NCBI GenBank assembly: GCA_963796275.1
Contig: CAWCKY010000007.1
Location: 128,001 to 192,000, forward strand
Direction of reading: 5' to 3'
DNA: 64,000 nt
DNA from: an uncultured Acidobacteriota bacterium
GTDB taxonomy: Bacteria > Acidobacteriota > Blastocatellia > RBC074
Shown here piece after piece: positions 31,337-42,362 of this stretch (the stretch's first letter is position 1; each line of letters starts with the position of its first letter). The position numbers were made by a program, and so were the translations under genes. Under the pieces are notes generated by a model. It did no database searches and was not told the origin of the DNA. It saw only the letters and a list, made by a program, of their open reading frames with translations.

Positions 31337-34300
31337 TCAAAAGGTCAGGCGCAGGCCTATCTGAATGTTGCGTGCCAGATTGACCTGACTAGTGACCTTG
31401 CCGAAGTTTGAGCTGGTGGGATCCAGATTCGGCCCGCCAAACTGCGGCGTGTTCGTCGCATTGAAAACCTCCACCCGAAGTTGCATCTGAGTCCTTTCGG
31501 TAAACTTGAAGTTCTTGATCAACGAGAGATCGATCTGGCTGAGCGGCTGCGATCGGAACCCTGAAAGCCGCGATGGAAAGGTGATGATGTTGTTGCCGAG
31601 CTGGATACGCTCATCGCTCCGCTGCAACGCGGGGTTAATCGTGCCATTTCGGCGTACTTCCCCGTCGGTAAAGTAGAACCCGCTGGTGTCGAAGACCACT
31701 CGGTTGGGATCGGCGATTGTACTGACCGTGTTGCTAGTGATGTTCGTCCGTAGCTCACTGGGGTCCCCGAAGTAGGCGACAGGGTCCCATCCCAGCGGGC
31801 GTCCGCCTTGATACTGGTAGAGATACCCTGGACCTGAAACCCTCCGAACAGATGGTCGAGCAGGCGGCCTCCATTCGACAGGAAGCGGCGACCTTTTCCC
31901 ACGGGCAATTCATAAATACCGCTGATGACTACGCGATGGGGATAGTCGTTGTTGGAGATTCGGCGTTCATAGCTTGTGTCTGTCTGGTTCAACAGCGACA
32001 TCTCCTCGATCAGCTTGGAGTAGGTGTAGGCGCCGGTCAAGGTGAAGCCATTGGCAAAGCGTCGCTCGACGCGAAGCTGCCCCGAGTTGTAGATGCTTCT
32101 ACCGTCGTACCGCTCGATCGAGATGCTTCCGAAGTGGGGATATAGACTCAGCAATTGAGACCGTACGATTTTGTCCCCATTGAAACCGGTGCCCGGCAAT
32201 AGGCCTTTGAATGGGTTCGGGACCATCGCTTCAAGGAAATTTTCGACGGCATCATCGCGCTGGTTGAGCGTGGAGAGATACCGCCGCGGAATCGGGTTCC
32301 GCTCAACATCCTCTACGAGTTGATCGTAATTAACTGTCCGAACGAAGGCCAGCTCGACCACCACGCGCCCCGGGAGTTCGCGCTGCAGACTCAACTCGTA
32401 CCGGCGAGACTGGGTATTCCTGCGCTCCAGCGGAACGAAGCCGACGCCCTGTCCCAGGAGGGTGTACAACCCTTCCGCTGCTCCCAGGGGATCAGCCACG
32501 CCATCGGGGAAGGGATTCGCCAGAGAGGCTTGGAATGTCAGGCCTCCATCCAGTGTCGGCACGATCTGCGTGGACCGAGAGAAGCCCGATTGATTCACAC
32601 CGTCTATGTAGAACGGGACGGAGTAGATGGCGAATCCGCCGCGCAGCACTGTCTTAGGCGTCAATTCGAAAGCTATGCCGATCCGCGGCTGGAAGTTGTT
32701 CTTATCTGCCTCATAGAATCCGCGGTTCTTCTCGTTTGCGAACAATAGTCCGCCCGTGACACGGAAAGCATCGATGGGCACCTCCGGGATGGGTTTGGCA
32801 GCATAAGCCGCGCGCGCCGCCGCTTCAATGGGACTCGGCGAGGTGAAATCGAACCCGCGCACATTGCGGTTGTACCGCTCAGTGGTCGGCGATTCCATCT
32901 CCCAGCGCAGTCCCAGGTTTAAAGTGAGCCGCCTGGTCACCTTCCAGTCGTCCTGAAGAAACAGGCCGTGATAGAGCAGTTGATTGTTGCGAGTCGCGTT
33001 GCGGTTGATTCGCCCGCTCGAAGGCAAGCCGAGCAGCAAGGCGGCCAGCTCCTGGCCGATGGACGCCGCCGGCGAATTGCTGAACTGGCGCGTGGCCACT
33101 TGTCCGGCATCGAACTCGTACAGTCCGGCCTCGTGGCTTGCCGGATGTTCGTTGATCCGATAGACGCGCAAGTCGTAGCCGGTCCGGAAGCTGTGGTGGC
33201 CCATGATTTTGGTGATGGTCGGTTGGAACGCGTAGACGTCGAAGGCCTGTCTACCGGATAGGGGAGCACCAAAGGTGCCGCCGCCCGTATTCGGATTGAA
33301 GTTGGTGATGTTGAATTGGGGGAAGTAGCCGGTTTCGCGGAAAAAGGTTGTGGCACTCGGAGGGAAGCCGAGCGAGGTAACATCGAAGACGCCTTCAGCG
33401 GCCCGCGAATTGATACTCTCGAAGCGGGTCAAGCCTGCGCGCATATTCAGGATCAAGGTGGGCGAGGTCGTATAGACGTGATCGACCGCTACTCCGTCGT
33501 TGATACGGAACGAGTCGGAGGTCGTCGGATCCACGCCATTTATCACGCCGGTAAATCCCTCGGTGTGCTGCTTCCGCCGATTGTGACTGTAGCGGACAAA
33601 GAAACGGTATTTTTCGTTGACCGTCGCGTCCACGCGAACCGACTCGGTGTGGAAGAAATCGGTGCGGGGGACCGGCGCGATCAGATTGTTGCGGCACTGT
33701 ACACTTGAACAGGGCAAGTTTGGCAGGGGCCAATAGGACAAAAAATTCCTCCCTATCGGATTAATACGTTCGGGCGGGATAATATTGCCCGGGAATGGTC
33801 TACGCTCCACGCGCTCGCCGCTGGGAAATGCAGACGCCGGATCGTAGATGACGATACCGGGCAGTAAGGCGGAGAAATCTCCGTTGCGCATCGCCTGGGT
33901 CGGCACCGTGAAAGTATTGGTCGCCGGAGTTAACTGGCGCAGGCCTTCGAAGGCGAAGAAGAAGAATAGCCGGTCTTTTCCGTTCCAGAATGGGGGGCCG
34001 CCCTCTCCAAAGCGGGGCAGAACGATGGGGCCGCCAACGGTCGCTCCGTAGCGATTGTAGCGAAGAGGATTGCGCCTGCATTCACCACGACCGTCCTTAT
34101 CGCAATTGGGATTCGCATTGACGAAGAATTCATTGCCCGCCAGCGCCTCGTTGCGGTTGAACCAATAGAGCGAACCGAACGGGCGATTCGCACCGCTTCG
34201 CAAAACGACGTCAATCTGCGCTCCGGCGGAGTGTCCCTGCTGGGCATCAAAACTGGTTGTCACGACCTTAAACTCCTGCACCGCCTCCGCGGGCGGCACA

Positions 34301-34941
34301 TAGGCCACCTGACGAACGAATGCCCCATTATTGGGAATGCCGTCAAGCGTAAACTCGCTTCCTTGTCCCACTACTCCGTTGGTCGCGATATTCGAGGTGC
34401 CGCCATTGTCGAACGCCCTGGTGAACCGTAGATTGCCGACATCGGTGTTGGCGATGCCCGCGGCAAAGCGTGCAAGTGTGAACGGATTTCCATCGGGTAA
34501 CGGCAGATCGGCGATGCGCTGCCGGTCGATCACCATTCCCATCGAGGCCGAGGCGGTTTCCAGCAGCGGTGTCGAGTCGCCCTTGACGGTGACGGTTTCG
34601 GTGGTCTGTCCGATCTCCAGACTCAGGTCGAATTTCAATTGATCGCCGACGCGGACATCCACGTTCTCAAGCACCTTCGACTGAAAGCCCATCGCTTCAA
34701 TATGCAGCCTGTGCCGGCCCGCCGGGATGTATAAGATCGAGTATAAGCCTTCGGCACTGGTCTCTGTAGTCAACGTGACACGCGTGGCTAAGTCGGTTAA
34801 TGTCACCTTCGCTCCGGGGATCGCAGCCCCCTTCGGGTCCGTTACCGCTCCGCTTACAGCCCCACGGAAATTCTGGCCGAATGCCATACCGGGAACGAAT
34901 AGGAGAACAAAGAGCAGGATCGATACCCATCTTGTTTGCAT
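31337..34941 (-). CDS. Oar-type TonB-dependent receptor with carboxypeptidase-regulatory-like N domain; frameshift at ~31820
   Basis: GAVTDPKGAAIPGA, FLQDDWKV, FQPRIG; C-terminal IQIGLRLTF in another frame; GGT ATC TC TAC CAG has 2 extra nt. Confidence 0.9.
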
Positions 34942-35087
34942 AAATCTCCTTCGGTACTTGTTATAGGAATTGCAGTCTCAAGAAGATGTGATTCACCGCC
35001 AGACACAAAGGCCCCAGGTCCCGGGTGATTTGGGGGACCCATCTCTGTGGCGAACCTTCTAGCCGCGCATCTCATCCGGGTTTCGTG

Positions 35088-35146
35088 GAAAGTAAATGTA
35101 AAAATGATAAGTGTCAAGTAATTTTCAAAATGTATCTTTACTTTCA
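35088..35146 (-). promoter_or_regulatory. Sigma70-type promoter with inverted GAAAGTAAA boxes between the TBDR and DUF5060 genes
   Basis: GAAAGTAAA at 35088, TTTACTTTC at 35137, TTGACA on the minus strand at 35112-35117. Confidence 0.6.
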
Positions 35147-35207
35147 AAAGAGACGTTGATTTAATTGCCTGCCAAACAAAGACGGGTTTTACTCGGGGGG
35201 CAATCTC

Positions 35208-36848
35208 GTGAAATCGCCAATCAACCAGCGCTTAATTATCCTTATCGCCGTTTGTTTAATGGGGCCGGTTACCGTATCGGGACCGCATCCCGCGGCCCAG
35301 GCAGTTGTGGAACAGTGGGGGATATTCGATATCAGGCTTGAAGGTCCATCTGATGGAAATCCTTTCCGGGAGGTGAGTCTAGAGGCTACCTTCATTCAGG
35401 GCGACCAGGCTGTAGCGGTTACCGGTTTTTACGATGGTGATGGCATATACCGCATTCGTTTCATGCCTGAAAAGACGGGGCAATGGCGCTATCGGACGAA
35501 GAGCAACCGTGATGCGCTGAATGGTAAGTCGGGGACCTTAACGTGCATCGCCGCCGCCGCCGATAATCATGGTCCTGTTCGAGTGCGTAACACCTACCAC
35601 TTCGGGTACGCCGATGGCACTCCCTATTTTCCTATCGGAACGACCTGCTATGCCTGGGCGCATCAGGGGGACATGCTCGAAGAACAGACCCTCGCCGCGC
35701 TGAAGATAGCTCCTTTCAATAAACTGCGAATGTGTATCTTCCCCAAGCACTACGTCTATAACGCTAACGAACCGGTTTTTTTTCCCTTCGAAAGGGACGC
35801 GAGCGGAGAATTCGATTTTTCTCGATTCAATCCGGAGTTCTTCCGGCACATCGAAAAGCGCCTGGGCGAGCTGCGCGATATGAGGATCGAAGCCGATCTT
35901 ATTCTCTTCCACCCTTACGATCGCTGGGGCTTCGCTGTGATGGGACCGGAAAACGATGATCATTATCTACGCTACATGGTCGCCCGATTGGCGGCCTACC
36001 GTAACGTGTGGTGGTCTCTGGCCAATGAATTTGACTTTATGATGAATGAAAACCGGCAGGAGGTAGTTGAACTCAAGAAGAGAGGAAAGAAGTTAAAGCT
36101 GAAGACTATGGCCGATTGGGACCGCTTCTTCCAAATCCTTCAGCAAGAGGATCCCTATCAGCACCTGCGATCCATACATAACGGTTCGACCATATATAAC
36201 CATACAAAATCCTGGGTCACACACGCGAGCATTCAGAATGGGGCAGCGGTCACAGATTACGGGCGGGCGGAGCTTTTGAGAGACGTCTATCAGAAACCGG
36301 TTGTTTACGATGAAGTGAAATACGAAGGAAACATCCCGCGGCGCTGGGGCAATATCTCCGCGGAAGAGATGGTTTACCGGTTCTGGCAGGGAACTATTGC
36401 GGGCACCTACGTGGGCCACGGCGAGACATACCTCCATCCCCAGGACATTCTCTGGTGGTCCAAGGGCGGAGTACTGCACGGGCAGAGTCCGGCCAGAATC
36501 GCTTTCCTCAGAAAGATACTGGAAGAAGGGCCGGCCGAAGGGCTCGAACCCATTGATAAATGGCAAGACCAGCCGGTGGGCGGCAAAAAGGGTGAGTACT
36601 ATCTTTTCTACTTCGGCAAAGAGAGACCGGATTCGTGGACATTTCAACTTCCCCGGGCAGGCTATGACTTTCCGGCCGAGACGAAGTTTAAAGTTGAGGC
36701 TCTCGATACCTGGGAGATGACAATAACGCCGGTTGAAGGGACATTCGAAATCAAGCCGAAAGACAATTACTATTACACGAGTGATCGTCCACCAATTAAA
36801 CTCTCGGGAAAGCAGTATATGGCACTACGGATACGCAGGGTGCATTGA
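35208..36848 (+). CDS. DUF5060-DUF4038-DUF5605 putative glycoside hydrolase
   Basis: [47 protein letters not shown]. Confidence 0.85.
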   Translation: MKSPINQRLIILIAVCLMGPVTVSGPHPAAQAVVEQWGIFDIRLEGPSDGNPFREVSLEATFIQGDQAVAVTGFYDGDGIYRIRFMPEKTGQWRYRTKSNRDALNGKSGTLTCIAAAADNHGPVRVRNTYHFGYADGTPYFPIGTTCYAWAHQGDMLEEQTLAALKIAPFNKLRMCIFPKHYVYNANEPVFFPFERDASGEFDFSRFNPEFFRHIEKRLGELRDMRIEADLILFHPYDRWGFAVMGPENDDHYLRYMVARLAAYRNVWWSLANEFDFMMNENRQEVVELKKRGKKLKLKTMADWDRFFQILQQEDPYQHLRSIHNGSTIYNHTKSWVTHASIQNGAAVTDYGRAELLRDVYQKPVVYDEVKYEGNIPRRWGNISAEEMVYRFWQGTIAGTYVGHGETYLHPQDILWWSKGGVLHGQSPARIAFLRKILEEGPAEGLEPIDKWQDQPVGGKKGEYYLFYFGKERPDSWTFQLPRAGYDFPAETKFKVEALDTWEMTITPVEGTFEIKPKDNYYYTSDRPPIKLSGKQYMALRIRRVH

Positions 36849-36849
36849 A

Positions 36850-36934
36850 AATCAGTACCGCGAGCGGTAGCGAGCGAGGTTTTATCAACAGCCGCTCAAT
36901 AGAGCCTTGCTCGCTACCGCTCGCGGTACTGATT
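36850..36934. repeat. REP-like inverted repeat between convergent genes
   Basis: AATCAGTACCGCGAGCGGTAGCGAGC ... GCTCGCTACCGCTCGCGGTACTGATT, 26-bp perfect arms. Confidence 0.85.
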
Positions 36935-36938
36935 GTTG

Positions 36939-38210
36939 TCACGTATTCACTCCTTTAGGCGTCGACCAATGTTTACGGTACGTGCGCGTCAACAAGCGGC
37001 TGGTCGCTGTATCTCCTAAAATTGCCTGGGTTTCGGCGTCGAACTTTATGTTCCGGCCCGTGCGGGCGACGATATTTCCCAGGTGCGCATAGGCGGTTGA
37101 AATGTATCCGATCTCGATCTCCGCGTTCGGTTTGTTGCGGCTGCGTACACAGTCGATGAAATTTCGCGCGTGATCATCTCCTTCGGTCGCCTCATCGAAA
37201 AGTACCTGTTCGCCCTGTTTGTCGAAGACCTTGAAACCAGCTTTTCGATCTTTCCACCTTCCTATATGAACCATCCCGTCCGACCCATAAACTGCAACAC
37301 CGTTATCCACGCCTTCCAGCTTGTAGGGGGTCCAGATGCGCATCTCCCAGTGAATTACCTGGTCCTTGAAGTTGAGCGAGATATTCATGCTGTCGGGCGT
37401 CTGCTGGTCATCCTGGAAGAAAAGCTTTCTACCCATCCCGCTGACCTCCAGAGGAAAGTCTACACCGAGAGCCCAGCGCGCAATGTCCAACTGGTGAACG
37501 CCGTCGTTGCCCATATCGCCAGTCCCGTAGTTCCAATGCCAGTGCCAATTATAGTGAAAGCGGTTTTCGTTGAACGGCAGCATCGGGGCAGGGCCTGTCC
37601 AGGTGTCGTAGTCAACGCCCGCGGGAACAGGGCTATCTTCCTTGTGCCCGATATCGTCGCGCAACTGAACGTTCCAGGCTTTGGCCATATACACCTTGCC
37701 GATCTTGCCCGATTTTATGTAGTCGATCGCCCGCTGTGTCGAGGGGCGGCTTCGGTTTTGTGTGCCGTGCTGGACGACCCGCTTGTTTCGCCGGGCCGCC
37801 TCGACCATTAAACGCCCCTCCATCAGGTTATGCGAGGCGGGTTTCTCGACATAGACGTCCTTACCGGCGTCGCAGGCGAGGATAGTGGCCGGTGCGTGCC
37901 AGTGGTCGGGCGTCGCGATCACGACGGCGTCGATCGATTTATCGTCAAGCACGCGTCGCAGGTCGCCGACTAGCTGAGGCCGGCGGCCCAGCTTTTTTTC
38001 CGTCTCGATGCCCGCCTGTTCGAGCACTCGGCTGTCGACATCGCATAGGCACGCGATATTTACATCCGGGAGCGCGGAGAATGCGCCCATGAGACTTCTG
38101 CCTCTGCCGCGAATTCCGATAAAAGCAACGTTTACCTTATCGCTCGCCGCGACGGTCCTCGCCATCGCCGCGCTCGCAATTACCGATTGTACAAAGTGAC
38201 GTCGGTTCAT
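36939..38210 (-). CDS. Gfo/Idh/MocA oxidoreductase, Tat signal
   Basis: MNRRHFV, IGIRGRG, ATPDHWH, VYVEKP, GNDGVHQLD. Confidence 0.93.
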   Translation of the reverse strand: MNRRHFVQSVIASAAMARTVAASDKVNVAFIGIRGRGRSLMGAFSALPDVNIACLCDVDSRVLEQAGIETEKKLGRRPQLVGDLRRVLDDKSIDAVVIATPDHWHAPATILACDAGKDVYVEKPASHNLMEGRLMVEAARRNKRVVQHGTQNRSRPSTQRAIDYIKSGKIGKVYMAKAWNVQLRDDIGHKEDSPVPAGVDYDTWTGPAPMLPFNENRFHYNWHWHWNYGTGDMGNDGVHQLDIARWALGVDFPLEVSGMGRKLFFQDDQQTPDSMNISLNFKDQVIHWEMRIWTPYKLEGVDNGVAVYGSDGMVHIGRWKDRKAGFKVFDKQGEQVLFDEATEGDDHARNFIDCVRSRNKPNAEIEIGYISTAYAHLGNIVARTGRNIKFDAETQAILGDTATSRLLTRTYRKHWSTPKGVNT

Positions 38211-38223
38211 ATTGACGACTCCT

Positions 38224-39201
38224 TCATTTTTCCTGGGCGTAAACGGCATAAAGTTTTTCCACCCCGAGAGCTTCGCCGGGGTGAATGACGATGCGGTAGC
38301 GAAATGTGAGAATGCCGCCAGGCGGGATGGTGACGCTTCCGTCTATCGATTTGTCATTACGAAAATCGTGTTCCCCGAAAGGATTGGCGGCATTCAACCC
38401 GTAACCGCGGGCATGCCAATAAGTCGGATGTTTCGGGTTTCGCGGATGATCGAAAATAGCGACACCGACTTTCTCGCCTTTGATGCTCGTAGAATAGTCC
38501 ACCCAACGCGCACGCTTGCCCCATATCTGGTCGGTCCCTTTCAGTCCTTCGGAGTTGGAGAGCGTGGCGCCGCGGTCCTCCTTGAATTCATCGGCAAATC
38601 GAAACCCGAGTAATCCTTCTTCCGTATCGCCCATCTTCAGTTGGCCGCCCTGATCTGCCAGTACGGCGGCTCTCACGTCGATGACAATATTGTTGCCGAT
38701 GCGGCGGAAGGTGTACTGCTGGCTAATCGTGCCGATAATTTTGTCGCCTGGAGCGACCAGATTAAAGTCCGCGCCGATCGTGCCCGCGTCGTTCTCGCTC
38801 TTCATTCGCGGCGCCGATTTGATTGCGACCCGTCCCACCGGAAGCGGCAATTTGGCATCTTTCGCCCGGTCTCCGCTCGCTTCGCGCCAGAAGTCGACGC
38901 CGTTTATGTCACCGTGCGCGAACCAGAGGCCTCTGTGCCAGACGTGATCGTTGCTCTCGCCTGCGATCTTTTCCAGCGGAAAGCCCCTCGTAACGATCGT
39001 CCCCGAACTGGCCCGCAGGGGGTGAAGGAATGGCTTCGGCCAGTCTTCTCCATAATAGAAAGTGCTGAAAGGTTTACCATTGATTTTGATCTCTACCCTG
39101 TCCGCACTCTCGGTGAAAGTAATCGCCCCTTGACCAGGTTTGGTCGCTCCTCGGTAGGGAAGCATCAGCAGCAAACAGAAGATGACCAGGTATTTCGTCA
39201 T
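38224..39201 (-). CDS. DUF6807 (Pfam 'PmoA'-labelled) exported protein
   Basis: KPFLHPL, DHVWHRGLWF, WVDYS, DHPRNP, WHARGYG. Confidence 0.8.
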   Translation of the reverse strand: MTKYLVIFCLLLMLPYRGATKPGQGAITFTESADRVEIKINGKPFSTFYYGEDWPKPFLHPLRASSGTIVTRGFPLEKIAGESNDHVWHRGLWFAHGDINGVDFWREASGDRAKDAKLPLPVGRVAIKSAPRMKSENDAGTIGADFNLVAPGDKIIGTISQQYTFRRIGNNIVIDVRAAVLADQGGQLKMGDTEEGLLGFRFADEFKEDRGATLSNSEGLKGTDQIWGKRARWVDYSTSIKGEKVGVAIFDHPRNPKHPTYWHARGYGLNAANPFGEHDFRNDKSIDGSVTIPPGGILTFRYRIVIHPGEALGVEKLYAVYAQEK

Positions 39202-39240
39202 ACAGGTTCCTCAGAAAGCCATGGGTGCGCACGTTTACAG

Positions 39241-39616
39241 ATTTTGCTGGCGAATCAGTACCGCTGATGCGCACCAAGATCAGGATAAGGCGGGTTCCTT
39301 TGCCCCAACGGGGCCCCCAATATAGTAGCCAGGGGTGAAGCGCGTAGCGCGTAGCCCCTGGAACGCATCACCAAGAAGCGCCAAGCCCTGAAAGGCGTCA
39401 TAACGAGCGATTTATTGCGCCCCTACTACAGGGCTTAACGACTTGCTTGCCATCTACCAGGGGCTACGGGCTGCGCGCTTCACCCCTGGCTGTTAGATTT
39501 GCGCGCCGTTGGCGCTTAATGGACAAGATTGTACAAAGTTGACAGCTTATCTTGTCGCACATGCACAACCGCTCGCGGTACTGATTCTTTGTCCAAAATG
39601 AATTCGCCAGCAAAAT
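39241..39616. mobile_element. MITE-like non-autonomous element, copy 2 (376 bp)
   Basis: Perfect terminal IR ATTTTGCTGGCGAAT / ATTCGCCAGCAAAAT; flanks TTTACAG and CTTCCAG inside a REP arm. Confidence 0.8.
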
Positions 39617-39694
39617 CTTCCAGCGTGCCGGGTTTCATCCATGGTCCGCTGGCGAAAACCGAGCACGCTGGAAGCGTGCGCACCCAGGCGCTAT

Positions 39695-40489
39695 TCATTG
39701 TTTCAGCGCGTTCCTCTTCATAGATGAACGTAGCTCATCCATCGTATCTCGCGCTTTTTCGAGCATCATGCCGTGCTCGCTGCCGCAGCCTAGAAATCGC
39801 ATCCCTCGCTGAAGCCACGAGGTCGCCATCTTGGCCGATCGGCAATGAATGCCCGGAACGACTCCGTGACGATCGCATGCTTTAACGAAGACGTCTATGG
39901 CATCAATCAGTTTCGGATGATCGAACTCTCCCGGCTTACCTATAGAAATCGACAGATCGGTAGGGCCAACCATCGCCACATCGATTCCCGGAACAGCGAG
40001 CAACTCGTCACACCTCTCCAGGGAGAGGACCGTCTCGAATTGAACGATGATCATCGTATGAGCATTAAGGTGCCCGATGATCTCGGGAATGCTCAGCTGC
40101 TCGTAATCGAGTTGCGGCGCCATAAAGCCAAAACCGCGAGTGCCAACCGGCGGATATTTCGTCCAACCGATTGCCTCTTCCAAGAAAAAGGCGCTCTCTA
40201 CGCGTGGAAAGATGATCCCTTGTGCCCCGACGTCGAGAGCGCGCGACACCAGCGAATAACGCATCTCCCCGACGCGAACGAATGGCGTGATGCCCGATTG
40301 GTTGGAGGCGACTACGATGTCTTGTACCGTCTCTAAATTGAAACCACCATGTTCGGAATCGATAAAAAGATAATCGAACCCCACAGCCGCCAGCAGCCTG
40401 GGAATCTCGGTCGAACGGTACTGCTGCAAAGCACAACCGAAAACTACTTCATTATTTTGAAGACGAATCTTGGTCTGGTTAACTCTCAT
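39695..40489 (-). CDS. HpcH/HpaI-family aldolase
   Basis: GFDYLFIDSEHG, RALDVGAQG, KYPPVGTRG, QFET, VGPTDLS. Confidence 0.92.
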   Translation of the reverse strand: MRVNQTKIRLQNNEVVFGCALQQYRSTEIPRLLAAVGFDYLFIDSEHGGFNLETVQDIVVASNQSGITPFVRVGEMRYSLVSRALDVGAQGIIFPRVESAFFLEEAIGWTKYPPVGTRGFGFMAPQLDYEQLSIPEIIGHLNAHTMIIVQFETVLSLERCDELLAVPGIDVAMVGPTDLSISIGKPGEFDHPKLIDAIDVFVKACDRHGVVPGIHCRSAKMATSWLQRGMRFLGCGSEHGMMLEKARDTMDELRSSMKRNALKQ

Positions 40490-40546
40490 TTTTTCGGGAT
40501 ATAACAAGTGAAATAATTGCGCCTGGGATTAAAGCAGTGTTTTTTA

Positions 40547-40583
40547 TGAAAGTAAAGCAGCATATTTGAAATTTATCTTGACA
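40547..40583 (+). promoter_or_regulatory. Promoter/operator upstream of the symporter
   Basis: TGAAAGTAAAG...TTTGAAATTTATCTTGACA, colinear with the site at 35088-35146. Confidence 0.6.
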
Positions 40584-40654
40584 AAAGGTCGATGTGAATT
40601 TACCTTTTTTTTCACTTACCTTCGAATTTTATCCGGGAGTTTCATCACAAAATC

Positions 40655-42229
40655 ATGAGATCCCAACACCTTATAGATTATGTGGTCATAGCCGCTTACT
40701 TTCTGATCATCGGCGCAATCGGATTCTGGGCAGCGAGGCGAAAGAAGAAGACCACGGACGACTATTTTCTTGCGAACCGGCGGATGCCCGGATGGATCGT
40801 GGGGTTCGCGATCGTCGGCACGGTCATCAGCAGTGTGAGTTTCGTCGCGCATCCCGGCGCAGCCTTCGCGCGTAACTGGTGGCTTGTCGTGCCCAACATG
40901 ATGGTGCCTTTCGTCCTGCTCTTTGTCGTCATTTTCGTAGTCCCTTTCTACCGCCGGGTCGTTCGCATGAGCAGTTACGAGTATCTGGAACAGCGTTTCG
41001 GTTATCTCGCTCGTTTTTATGGATCGACGGGCTTCCTGCTTCTCCGCACCATCGATCTCGCTTTCACGCTGCTTTTAACCGCCATCGCCGTCGAGGTGAT
41101 GACTGGATGGGATATCCGCATGGTGATAGTGGCGATCGGCCTCTTCACTATCCTCTACACCCTTATCGGCGGGATCGAAGCAGTCGTCTATACGGACGTG
41201 CTGCAGGGGCTCGTGCTGGCGACGGCTGCCATTTCTATCGTGATAATTATTCTTTGGCGGCCGGAGGGCGGGCCTGCGACAGTGATCTACACGGGATATT
41301 CAGGCGGCAAGTTTGGTCTGGGAGATCTCAGTTTCAATTGGCAGAGCGTCTTCGGCGCTCAGCCCACCTTTTGGATATTAGCGTTATCCGGCCTCTTCCA
41401 CTTTGGCAGAGCTTATATGACCGAGCCTAACATGGTCCAACGCTATCTCATCGCGCGATCCGATAGGGAGGCCCAACGCGGTGTGCTGGCGGGTGCGCTG
41501 GCTTGCCTGCCTATCTGGCTTACTTTCGCCTTCATCGGTTCGTGCCTCTGGGCGTTCTATCGATTGACTGCGCATGAAATACCGGCCGATGTGCTCCAAC
41601 AGCCCGATAATATTCTGCCTCACTTCATCGCCACGCAGTTACCTCCAGGACTGGTCGGCCTCATACTGGCGGCCATTCTCTCCGCCTGCAATTCGTCGGT
41701 CAGCTCCGACTTGAATAGCGTCGGTACGGTCGTCACGCAGGATTACTTTACGCGCGCTCTGCCCAATACTTCCGAGAGAGCTCGTCTTCTGTTCGGGCGC
41801 TGCGCGGTCTTGGTTACAGGCATCCTTTGTGTTTGCACCGCTCTGATCTTGATTTCCGCTCGCGCCAAAGCTCTGGTCGAACTGATCGTGACATTGGGCA
41901 TGATCTTCTCGGGCGGTATGCTGGGTCTCTTCGCCCTCGGATTTTTCAGTAAAAGAGCGACTCGTCGCGGAGCATATATCGGGATGGCGATCTGTTTGAC
42001 CTTCATCTTGTGGGCCGTCCTCACGGGCCCTCTCAAGGTCGATCTCGGATTCAATTTCCAGATGCACCCGATCATGATCGGAGTCTTCAGTCACTTCATC
42101 CTCTTCGCGAGCGGCTATCTCGCCAGTCTCGCCTTTGGCGGATATAGGCCCGATGTTGCCGGGCTGACCATCTGGAAAGATCGACCCTCGCCAGCTCATA
42201 TCGAACCGCAGAAAATAGAGATAGTCTAA
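40655..42229 (+). CDS. Sodium:solute symporter
   Basis: DYFLANR, SYEYLEQRF, GGIEAVVYTD, VQRYL, GLVGLILAAILSA. Confidence 0.93.
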   Translation: MRSQHLIDYVVIAAYFLIIGAIGFWAARRKKKTTDDYFLANRRMPGWIVGFAIVGTVISSVSFVAHPGAAFARNWWLVVPNMMVPFVLLFVVIFVVPFYRRVVRMSSYEYLEQRFGYLARFYGSTGFLLLRTIDLAFTLLLTAIAVEVMTGWDIRMVIVAIGLFTILYTLIGGIEAVVYTDVLQGLVLATAAISIVIIILWRPEGGPATVIYTGYSGGKFGLGDLSFNWQSVFGAQPTFWILALSGLFHFGRAYMTEPNMVQRYLIARSDREAQRGVLAGALACLPIWLTFAFIGSCLWAFYRLTAHEIPADVLQQPDNILPHFIATQLPPGLVGLILAAILSACNSSVSSDLNSVGTVVTQDYFTRALPNTSERARLLFGRCAVLVTGILCVCTALILISARAKALVELIVTLGMIFSGGMLGLFALGFFSKRATRRGAYIGMAICLTFILWAVLTGPLKVDLGFNFQMHPIMIGVFSHFILFASGYLASLAFGGYRPDVAGLTIWKDRPSPAHIEPQKIEIV

Positions 42230-42278
42230 GAGCGGATCAAAAAGCAGGGTTTTTGATGAAATAGAACTTTTTCAGGAA

Positions 42279-42296
42279 TTTGAAAATTAGTTGACA
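42279..42296 (+). promoter_or_regulatory. Putative promoter of the IclR gene
   Basis: TTTGAAAATTAGTTGACA. Confidence 0.55.
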
Positions 42297-42362
42297 CTTT
42301 TTTTCAATATTGTTATTTCTACTATTTGTTAGTAGTGGTGAGGTAGGGCTAGGTAAATTCGA

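Noticed and set aside
31780-31840. Programmed ribosomal frameshifting in the TBDR and other split genes
   Set aside because: No slippery sequence is evident, and several unrelated genes are affected, so error is the simpler explanation.
34993-35056. Riboswitch upstream of the TonB-dependent receptor
   Set aside because: No cobalamin or TPP consensus; TTCACCGCCAGA...TCTGTGGCGAA looks like a decayed REP-like hairpin.
38224-39201. Methane monooxygenase subunit PmoA
   Set aside because: It is a soluble exported protein without the multi-TM PmoA topology, there is no pmoC/pmoB, and the Pfam label is a known misnomer.
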